From positions 2,016,001 through 2,080,000 of the forward strand of contig OY762007.1 of assembly GCA_963665115.1 (NCBI GenBank): a stretch of DNA of 64,000 nucleotides, given 5' to 3'. Positions 55,648 through 64,000 of the stretch are shown piece by piece. Each line of letters opens with the position of its first letter. Within the stretch, counting starts at the first letter, position 1. A program made the translations under genes and the position numbers. Under the pieces are notes generated by a model that worked only from the letters and a program-made list of their open reading frames with translations, did not search any database and was not told where the DNA came from. The stretch is from an uncultured Rivularia sp. (GTDB lineage Bacteria; Cyanobacteriota; Cyanobacteriia; Cyanobacteriales; Nostocaceae).

Positions 55648-56139
55648 TTATGTTATGAAGCTTAATGCCAGAATTTTCTCGTCAAGAGTGCAATTAAAGG
55701 TCGTGATTTGGGCAAAACGTGCAGAGTTAGCATCTTCAAGGTATTGGCTTTCGCTTCGGACGGTTAAATGTATGCTGAGATAAGTATCTGGTTTATAAGG
55801 CATTCGTTGTGCCCATTCAATAGCGACTATTCCCGGCTCAACCTCTATAGCTTCCCAGTAAGTATCGAGGTTTAACGCTATTATTTCCGCAGCTTCTAAA
55901 CGATATAAATCTAGGTGGTAAAGAGGAAGCCGTGCCCTATTATATTCATTAATAATGGTGAAAGTAGGACTGACGATTGGTTCATCAATACCTAAACCTT
56001 TGCCTAAGCCTTGAATTAAAGTGGTTTTGCCAGCCCCTAAATCGCCTTCTAGTAGAATCACGCTATTGCAAGAAAGCGTTTCACCCAGAATGATACCTAA
56101 GCGTTGAGTTGCGAATGCATCTTTAAGAAAAATTTTCAT
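55648..56139 (-). CDS. tsaE: t6A biosynthesis ATPase
   Basis: GDLGAGKTT, SPTF, HLDLYRL, IEW. Confidence 0.95.
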   Translation of the reverse strand: MKIFLKDAFATQRLGIILGETLSCNSVILLEGDLGAGKTTLIQGLGKGLGIDEPIVSPTFTIINEYNRARLPLYHLDLYRLEAAEIIALNLDTYWEAIEVEPGIVAIEWAQRMPYKPDTYLSIHLTVRSESQYLEDANSARFAQITTFNCTLDEKILALSFIT

Positions 56140-56284
56140 GTTTTATTTTTGATTTCGATTAAAGAACTATCGTAATTTTTAAATTTGCGATCAATGAATA
56201 AAAAAACTACCTAAATATTATTTTTAGGTAGTTTTTCTGCAATCGCTTGCTATTCCCTATTCCCCTTTTCGCATAAATTGAATT

Positions 56285-57694
56285 TCAGCTAATAACAGAT
56301 TCTTTTCCAAACATTTTGTATAACTTTCGCATTCCTTTAGGAGTTCCACTATACCAACGGAAAAGAATCTGTGCTAACCGCTCGTGATCGTGACGCACGC
56401 AACCAGTTTCATCTTCATTCATGACGTTGGCTGAAACTATTCTACGCCCGCTCATAGTTACCGCTTCGCGATCTAAAAATACAGGATGGGAATCTTCTTT
56501 AGCGTAGCGGATAAGAGCGTGGGCAGAAGGAGATGTTTTGTGTACTAAAACCGCATCAAATAACTTTTGTCCGCAAGCTTTATCAATAGAATGAATATGA
56601 TTGGCAACCGTATATCCTTGAGTTTCTCCCGGTTGAGTCATGATATTACACACATATATTTTTGGCACGTTTTTTGCAGCGATCGCACTGGCAATTTCAG
56701 GTACCAAAAGATTGGGGATCACGCTGGTGTAAAGACTACCCGGACCCATGATAATATAATCGGCATCTTTAATTGCCTTTATAGCGGCTGGTAAAGCAGG
56801 CGGATTCGCGGGAGTGCAGCCTAGTTTAACTACCTTGCCTCCAGCCTTAGTAATTTTTGATTCACCCTCAATACGACGACCATCGGCTAACTCAGCCCAC
56901 AAACGAACATCGCTAAGAGTTGCTGGAAGCACTTGACCTCTAATAGCTAGAACTTTGGAACTCGCTGCAACACCCCGCTCTAGATCGCCAGTAATCTCAC
57001 TCATCGCTGTCAAAAACAAGTTGCCAAAACTGTGACCGCTTAAACCGTCTCCAGCACTGAAACGATATTGAAACAACTCCGTTAGTAATTTTTCTTCATC
57101 TGCCAAAGCTGCCAAACAATTACGAATATCTCCTGGTGGTAATACGCCAAATTCCTCGCGTAACCTACCACTAGAACCACCATCATCAGCTACAGTCACA
57201 ATAGCGGTGATATTCGCACTGTAAGTTTTGAGTCCTCTTAATAAGGTGGAAAGTCCGGTTCCCCCACCAATAACAACAATTTTTGGTCCTCTATATAGTT
57301 TGCGATGAGCTAAAAGTACGTCAACTAATTCTTCATCATTCTCTGGTTTTAGTACCTGTGTAATAGAACCTACCGTGCGGCTTTGTCCCCAAACCAATAA
57401 CAGCAAACCGCCAATCATCACTACAGGTCCGCTGATGTAGGAAGGTATAGTATTTGTAATAAATGAGAGTGCCTTTCTAACTAGTTTCAGCACCCAATAG
57501 ATCGGTGTATACCCGCTCCAAATAGCTAAACCCAGACCAGCTAGTACTATGCCCGCGACACTAATTAAAAACCAACGTTTAACCGATAACCCAGGAGACA
57601 ACCACTTAAACCACTGATTGACTCGATGGGGAGTGCGGCGGCGCGACTGTTGTTGCATAACGTTGAGGGCTTGTCTAATAAAACCAATTGACAT
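56285..57694 (-). CDS. yvcK: YvcK-family (gluconeogenesis factor) protein
   Basis: [33 protein letters not shown]. Confidence 0.93.
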   Translation of the reverse strand: MSIGFIRQALNVMQQQSRRRTPHRVNQWFKWLSPGLSVKRWFLISVAGIVLAGLGLAIWSGYTPIYWVLKLVRKALSFITNTIPSYISGPVVMIGGLLLLVWGQSRTVGSITQVLKPENDEELVDVLLAHRKLYRGPKIVVIGGGTGLSTLLRGLKTYSANITAIVTVADDGGSSGRLREEFGVLPPGDIRNCLAALADEEKLLTELFQYRFSAGDGLSGHSFGNLFLTAMSEITGDLERGVAASSKVLAIRGQVLPATLSDVRLWAELADGRRIEGESKITKAGGKVVKLGCTPANPPALPAAIKAIKDADYIIMGPGSLYTSVIPNLLVPEIASAIAAKNVPKIYVCNIMTQPGETQGYTVANHIHSIDKACGQKLFDAVLVHKTSPSAHALIRYAKEDSHPVFLDREAVTMSGRRIVSANVMNEDETGCVRHDHERLAQILFRWYSGTPKGMRKLYKMFGKESVIS

Positions 57695-57872
57695 ATTGGA
57701 ATTGTAAGCAGTGGTCTAAAAAGTAATTAATTGAAAATTTACACTAAGAGCATTCAAATTTAAGAATGTAATTATTACAATTTTTAATTCTAATTGACTG
57801 AACTCATGTAATTAACCTAGCGAAAAGAAGCAGTGGAATTACTATAGTTTAGATGAAACTAAAGTAAAGTAA

Positions 57873-58364
57873 ATGCAAAGAAAAATTTTAGGATTAGATC
57901 CAGGATTCGCGATTTTAGGTTTTGGAGTAATTATATGCCAAAAAAATGAATTAACGATTACTACTGATTCAGTAGAACTACTGGATTTTGGTGTTATTAC
58001 TACGCCTGCTAAAACTCCATTGGAGCAAAGACTATGTACTATTTACGATGATCTACATACTGTAATAGAACAATTCCAACCAGATTTGGTCGCGATTGAA
58101 AAATTTTTCTTCTACCGTATGTCAAACACTATCTTAGTTGCTCAAGCTAGAGGAATCATCATGTTGGTATTAGGGCAACATCGTTTACCCATAGTAGAAT
58201 TTGCACCTTCTCAAATTAAACTAGCTTTGGCTGGTTACGGTAAAGCTGAAAAACATGAAGTACAGGAAGCAGTAGCCCGAGAACTCGACTTAGACTATAT
58301 TCCTCGCCCCGATGACGCTGCTGATGCTTTGGCGATCGCACTAACAGCATGGTTCCAATCTTAA
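57873..58364 (+). CDS. ruvC: Holliday junction resolvase
   Basis: [31 protein letters not shown]. Confidence 0.96.
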   Translation: MQRKILGLDPGFAILGFGVIICQKNELTITTDSVELLDFGVITTPAKTPLEQRLCTIYDDLHTVIEQFQPDLVAIEKFFFYRMSNTILVAQARGIIMLVLGQHRLPIVEFAPSQIKLALAGYGKAEKHEVQEAVARELDLDYIPRPDDAADALAIALTAWFQS

Positions 58365-58757
58365 AGTATTATGAATGTTTTATAAATGCTTTTTAGTTTA
58401 CTAAAGTATTTTTACTGATGAATTTGCATTAATAAATAATTAAATTTTATAATTTGTGTTTATGGTGCGTGCTTTTTTCAAAAAAACATTCACGATTGGA
58501 CGACTTTTACAGGAGTAGGTTAAATTGCGGTAAAGGTTTTAGCAGTAAAAATTTGGCTTTTCGGGAGCATAAATTTTGCTCCATTGCCTATTGATTCCAA
58601 TTAATATTCTCCGAAAAACACTTCTCTTAAAGAATCTTCACGGCAAATGTCACCATTCTTGTCTTAAAAAGAAGATATCTACCAAGAAATTTTCTCGCCT
58701 TTCGTTGGGAGTTGAAAATAAAACCAGCTCCTAACTGCGTTTCATAGCCTAATTTTT

Positions 58758-59924
58758 ATGCAAATTTATTTAGATTACAGCGCTACAACTCCTACTCGTC
58801 CAGAAGCAATCAACATAATGCAAGCAGTATTAACTCAAGGATGGGGAAATCCTTCTAGCTTGCATGAATGGGGACAACGGGCCGCAACTATTTTAGAACA
58901 AGCTAGAATGCAGGTTGCTAGTTTGATTAACGCACCAGCCGAATCGATAATCTTCACCAGTGGCGGTACGGAAGCGAATAATTTAGCAATTATGGGAGTT
59001 GCTCGCCTGTTTACGAAACCCCAACATATTATTATTTCGAGCGTAGAACATTCCGCCATTTCAGAACCTGCAAAGTTGCTTGAAAGTTGGGGTTGGGAAG
59101 TTACTTATTTGAATGTTGATAGTAAAGGTAGAGTTAATCCTTCACATTTGCAAGCAGCTTTGCAAGACAATACCGTTTTAATTTCGATTATTTACGGACA
59201 AAGTGAAATTGGTACCGTACAGCCGATTGAAGAAATAGGTAAAATTGCTCGCAGTGCTGGAATTTTATTTCATACAGATGCGGTGCAGGCGGCAGGAAGA
59301 TTGCCTATAGATTTGACCAAATTGCCAGTAGATTTGCTGAGCCTTTCCAGCCACAAAATATATGGGCCTCAAGGTGTCGGAGCATTGTATATTCGTCCTG
59401 GAGTAGAGTTAGTACCCTTACTTAACGGTGGCGGACAAGAAATGCGATCGCGTTCCGGCACTCAAGCCGTACCAATTATTGCCGGATTTGGCATAGCAGC
59501 AGAGTTAGCAGCCCAAGAATTACCAGTGGAAACTCCCCGGTTAATTGAATTGCGCGATCGACTATTTTCGCAATTAGCCAATGTTAAAGGTTTAATTCCT
59601 ACGGGAGATTTGATCCAGCGTTTACCGCACCACGTGAGTTTTTGCTTGGAATACGCCGACGGACAAAAAATTAGTGGAAAAACCATCGTCCGTCAATTGA
59701 ACCTAGCAGGCATAGGTATAAGTGCCGGTTCAGCCTGTCATAGTGGTAAACTTAGTCCCAGCCCCGTATTAACTGCAATGGGATATTCCGAAGGAGCAGC
59801 AATGGGAGGTATTCGCATCACCCTGGGACGTTACACCACACAAGCAGACGTTGACTGGGTAGCAATGGTATTGAAGCAAGTTATGAGTCGCCTTGAAAGT
59901 CGTTTTGCCCTTGTTGCGAATTAG
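58758..59924 (+). CDS. Cysteine desulfurase (IscS/NifS group)
   Basis: YLDYSATTP, FTSGGTE, HTDAVQ, SSHKIYGP, SAGSACHS. Confidence 0.93.
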   Translation: MQIYLDYSATTPTRPEAINIMQAVLTQGWGNPSSLHEWGQRAATILEQARMQVASLINAPAESIIFTSGGTEANNLAIMGVARLFTKPQHIIISSVEHSAISEPAKLLESWGWEVTYLNVDSKGRVNPSHLQAALQDNTVLISIIYGQSEIGTVQPIEEIGKIARSAGILFHTDAVQAAGRLPIDLTKLPVDLLSLSSHKIYGPQGVGALYIRPGVELVPLLNGGGQEMRSRSGTQAVPIIAGFGIAAELAAQELPVETPRLIELRDRLFSQLANVKGLIPTGDLIQRLPHHVSFCLEYADGQKISGKTIVRQLNLAGIGISAGSACHSGKLSPSPVLTAMGYSEGAAMGGIRITLGRYTTQADVDWVAMVLKQVMSRLESRFALVAN

Positions 59925-59956
59925 GGATGGGGGATGGGGAAAAGGGGACATTTTAA

Positions 59957-60097
59957 AGTAGTGAGTAGCGAGTAGCGAGTAGCAAGTAGGAATGCAAGAT
60001 TGAGCAGCCCTATGAAAATAAGAACGTAATAGAAATTTACTAACTCCTAACTCCTAACTTCCAATAACTAACAACTAACAACTAACCACTAACAACT
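59957..60097. repeat. Opposed heptamer arrays (AGTAGCG)n and (TAACAAC/TAACTCC)n
   Basis: Imperfect tandem 7-mers at 59957-59990 and 60037-60097. Confidence 0.75.
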
Positions 60098-60107
60098 ATC
60101 TTTTGAA

Positions 60108-60845
60108 ATGCCTGAACTTCCAAGAACATTAGAAGACGCAATCGTTCAAGCCCGAGAAGCGACTCAAGCCGCGCTTGCAGATGGCTGTACTCGTTTACAG
60201 GTTGAATTATTGTTTCCGGAATTAAAACCATTACCTATAGCGCAACAATTTCTACCAGCTTTTGAAGAATATGGTGACAAACTAAAGATTTTTTTCGCCG
60301 ACGCTGGTAGTGCAGCTCTGGCTCGTCGCGATTGGAATGAAGTACCTTTTCAACTAATAGATATTGGTACTGGTAGGATGACTTCGATACAGTCAAAAGT
60401 TCAACCAGAGGATGAAATATTCTTATTTGTTCAACCAACTTCGGTGGAGGTACCGCAGTTAGAAAAGGTATGCGAAATAATAGGAGAACATCGTCCTTTT
60501 GTAATGTTCGCTCCTCGTTTGGAAGATTCGAGCATCGTTGGTATCGGTTATGCAGCGCGACAAACTCGCCAGCGTTTTATCAATACAATTGAATCTTGCT
60601 ATTACATACGTCCAATATTTGAAGAAGCTGCGGTATTTCGTTGCTATCCAGGATTGTGGGAAGTTTGGGTAGAAAAAGATGGTGATTACGTTCGTGTTGC
60701 TGAATTACCGAATAAGCCTTCTGGTGATGAATTAGATGCGATTATATCTGATGGACAACCGCAAGCTGAAGGTGAACCTGTAGCTGCGACGGGCAAGAAT
60801 GTATTTAAAAGTTTGCAGCGATTTGTTAAAGCTTTGAGAAGTTAG
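60108..60845 (+). CDS. DUF1995-like protein
   Basis: RLQVELLFPEL, FFADAGSAALARRDW, RCYPG.W. Confidence 0.82.
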   Translation: MPELPRTLEDAIVQAREATQAALADGCTRLQVELLFPELKPLPIAQQFLPAFEEYGDKLKIFFADAGSAALARRDWNEVPFQLIDIGTGRMTSIQSKVQPEDEIFLFVQPTSVEVPQLEKVCEIIGEHRPFVMFAPRLEDSSIVGIGYAARQTRQRFINTIESCYYIRPIFEEAAVFRCYPGLWEVWVEKDGDYVRVAELPNKPSGDELDAIISDGQPQAEGEPVAATGKNVFKSLQRFVKALRS

Positions 60846-61081
60846 TTTTTATTCTTGCAAAAAATATAACAGAATTAATTTTATAAACCGGGTTTTTATT
60901 ATTTATAAGACGAAAAGTTGTCTTGTATTTAATCGAGAAGCAACCCGGTTTTTCAGTATTAACAAATAGGTCATTACTCCCTCGCCTCTTTATAATTATC
61001 TCTCTCTATCTCTTTTCTCTGCGCTCTGAGCGTCTCAGCGGTTTTGAATCGGTAATCACAAAGCAGAGAAGGGAGTAACTA

Positions 61082-61148
61082 TAGCAATCCTAGATGAGTC
61101 GTGAAAAAACCGGGTTTCTAAAATCTTACAAATGATTTAGGAATGCTA
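61082..61148. mobile_element. 67-bp MITE-like element with flanking TA
   Basis: TA|TAGCAATCCTAGATGA...TGATTTAGGAATGCTA|TA imperfect TIRs. Confidence 0.65.
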
Positions 61149-61667
61149 TATAATTTTAATTATTCTCTACCCATTGCTACTTGATATTTAATAGATTTAA
61201 CTAATTTTTTATCCATAATTAACTTTATAAAAACTTCATTATTATCTGATGGCGAATTGTATCAAACCCATCATGATTCAAAATAATTTGTATATCACAA
61301 TCGAAGCGACACAGGTTATTTTATTTGCTTTATCTAATTTATCTAACTAGTTAACGGCATTTTCAATATCTTGAGTGCAATATTTGTTTGTAAATTTTTC
61401 AGCGCAACCTGAATGTCTAAAAAAGTATGGTGTTGTTGGCGACAATGTGTGAATAAGGATAATTAAACAACTATTTTGTTTACATTAACGATTCATCTTG
61501 AGATCGACCAAATCCAGAAGTAATATTTTCAGAAAATACAAAGTTACTCAATTTTTCTCAAAAATAATTCCGACCTGACTAGATTGTTCTATTAATCAAT
61601 GCAGGGTTATCTTCTGCGTTGATTGTATCAATATGTTCGCAACGTATAGTAATTAAAAAAACAGTCA

Positions 61668-62417
61668 ATGAGTCAATCGAACTATTCTGTAACCACCGAT
61701 GATTTTGATGCCGTTCTTTTCGATCTAGACGGTGTATTAACAGCAACAGCGAAGGTTCATGCTGTTTCTTGGAAGCGGATGTTTGATGAGTTTCTCTCTC
61801 GACGTGCTAAAGATAATCATGAATCTTTTGTGCCTTTTAAAATTGATACCGATTACAAACATTATGTAGACGGTAAACCTCGTTTGGAAGGAGTTCGTAG
61901 TTTTCTCAAATTGCGAGGTATTGAGTTACCCGATGGTAGCCCCGATACAGCTTCAGAAGATGATACAGTTTATAGTTTGGGAAAGCGTAAGGATGAAATT
62001 TTCCACTCTATTTTAGAAAGTGATGGTGTGGAAGTATACGAAACTTCGGTGGCTTGGGTTTGCTATCTTCGCAATCAGGAAATAAAAATTGCGGTGGTTT
62101 CTTCAAGCCGTAATTGCGAAGCGGTACTCAAGGCTGCCGATATTACCAATTTATTTGATGCAAGGGTTGATGGTAAGGTTGCCGCAAATTTGGGAATAGC
62201 CGGTAAACCAGCACCAGATACTTATCTGAAAGCTGCTGAAATATTAAATGTAGAACCCCAACGTTGCATTGTTGTCGAGGATGCCATATCTGGCGTACAG
62301 GCTGGAAGTGCTGGTGAATTTGGGCTAGTTATTGGGGTAAATCGTAACGATGATGCCGATGCACTTCTTAACAATGGTGCGGATATCGTTGTTAGCGATT
62401 TAGGCGAAATGCTTTAG
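61668..62417 (+). CDS. Beta-phosphoglucomutase-family HAD hydrolase
   Basis: FDLDGV, VSSSRN, GKPAPD, VEDA.SG. Confidence 0.92.
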   Translation: MSQSNYSVTTDDFDAVLFDLDGVLTATAKVHAVSWKRMFDEFLSRRAKDNHESFVPFKIDTDYKHYVDGKPRLEGVRSFLKLRGIELPDGSPDTASEDDTVYSLGKRKDEIFHSILESDGVEVYETSVAWVCYLRNQEIKIAVVSSSRNCEAVLKAADITNLFDARVDGKVAANLGIAGKPAPDTYLKAAEILNVEPQRCIVVEDAISGVQAGSAGEFGLVIGVNRNDDADALLNNGADIVVSDLGEML

Positions 62418-62671
62418 TAATTATCGCTTCATTAATAAATTAGAGCGTTTTGATTCTCTATTTGTTAATTTTCTCTCTTCCCTGACTTGAAAGTTGGGAA
62501 TAGGAAAAATTTTATTTTTACTACTGAGAATGAAAATAAAATTTTTCCTTTATTGACTGTCTTTGAAATACAAATCCATTAATTAGCAATTGCGTATTAC
62601 GAATCATTTTCGTGCTGCACTTTTTTTCGTGCGATGCAAAATTATCAACAAGTGAGGTTGAACGAATACCC

Positions 62672-64000
62672 ATGTTACGACGCGAACCTTTAAATCCCCC
62701 TAAATATGTCTACCCCGCTGATGAATGGCGGATGGTAGAAAAGCAATATTATCCTCGTTTCCAAGCTCAAATGGAAACAATATTTTCTATTGGTAACGGT
62801 TATTTGGGAATGCGCGGTGTCTGTGATGAAGTTACACCCTGCACTGAAAATGGAACTTTTATCAATGGTTTCTATGAATCTTGGGCCTATTGTCTACGGT
62901 GAAAGAGCTTTTGGTTTTGCTAAAACCGGGCAAACTATTGTTAATGTTACCGATAGTAAGATAATCAAGCTTTTTGTTGACGATGAACCTTTCTCTCTTT
63001 CTACTGCTAATTTAATTAGTTTCGAGCGCGTACTAGATATGAAAGCCGGTATCTTGAATCGTGAAGCGGTTTGGGAAACTGCATCGGGTAAACAGGTTGC
63101 GATCAAATCCCGTCGCTTGATTTCTTTAGTACACCGGCATTTAGCGGCAATTGAATATGAAGTTACAGTTCTCAATGCTAAAGCTCCAGTGGTTATTTCT
63201 TCGGAAATGCAAAACCATAAGCATATAACTTCTAAGGATAACGATCCTCGTAAAGCAACGGGTTTAAAAGATAGAGTCTTAAATCCTCAAGTAAATTCCT
63301 GCGAAGATACACGGATTCTTCTGGGTTATATCACCAATCAAAGCAAAATAGGTCTTGTTTGTGGGGTTGAACATCAGATAGAAACGGAATGCTCCTACAC
63401 CCACAAAAGTGAGTGTTTCGAGGATGGAGGTAAAGTTGTCTTTTTTGTAGATGCTCAACCGGATATACCGATTAAGTTGATTAAATACATCAGTTACCAT
63501 ACTTCACCTGATGTTAATTCTGTTGAAGAGCTATGTACAAGGGCACAGATAACTTTAGATAGAGCCGAAAATCTAGGGTTTGCAGCAATTTTGGCAAGCC
63601 AGCAACAATACATGGATGATTTTTGGTATAGAAGTGACATCAAAATTGATGGGTTACCTTACGATAACGATGTAAATCGTGCTTTAGAGTTGCAGCAAGC
63701 AATTCGCTTTAATTTGTTTCAGATTTTGCAAGCTTCAGGTAGGGCAGAAGGAACTGGTATTCCAGCTAAAGGACTTTCGGGACAAGCTTACGAAGGCCAA
63801 TATTTCTGGGATACGGAAATTTACCTTTTACCTTTTTTGATTTACACCGCACCGCGCATTGCCAAAAATCTGCTGAAATTTCGTTACCAAATCCTTGATA
63901 AAGCCCGACAACGCGCTCGTGAGTTAAATCAAAAAGGAGCGCTGTTTCCCTGGAGAACTATCAATGGTGAGGAAGCATCGGCATATTATGCGGCGGGGAC
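62672..64000 (+). CDS. GH65 disaccharide phosphorylase; frameshift at ~62884, 3' truncated by window
   Basis: ETIFSIGNGYLGMRG, W-PIVYGE after removing one G, KGLSGQAYEGQYFWDTE, GALFPWRTINGEE. Confidence 0.9.

Overview
AT-rich chromosomal segment of a cyanobacterium, probably filamentous Nostocales-like (frequent HIP1 GCGATCGC, heptamer STRR arrays, ldpA, lrtA/hpf). It opens with the 3' part of aspS. A ~1.95 kb ORF-free leader follows, holding two copies of a promoter-like box and two copies of a 30-nt hairpin motif. Next come a small Arg-rich, Cys/His putative Zn protein and a ~16 kb Wzx/Wzy exopolysaccharide cluster (GumC-like, Wzy-like, Wzx, 3x GT2, 2x GT14, STAS, GH74-like, WecB/TagA, WcaJ-like, acyltransferase). 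The best candidate for an undescribed system is this leader RNA plus Zn/ARM protein as a possible EPS antitermination or regulatory module; that function is inference only. The rest is mostly housekeeping (lipB, hpf, obgE, ldpA, lepB, pyrC, tsaE, yvcK, ruvC, cysteine desulfurase, beta-PGM, GH65). A mobile hotspot at 37-44.4 kb has a MITE-disrupted EamA gene, an IS630-disrupted HaeIII-like methylase, a truncated bioA and a REP-flanked Y1 transposase. Eight genes are frameshifted by extra G/C in the same GG[ACT]C context, most likely sequencing artefacts. No rRNA, tRNA or CRISPR array was seen. All family calls are from motif recognition, not database searches.
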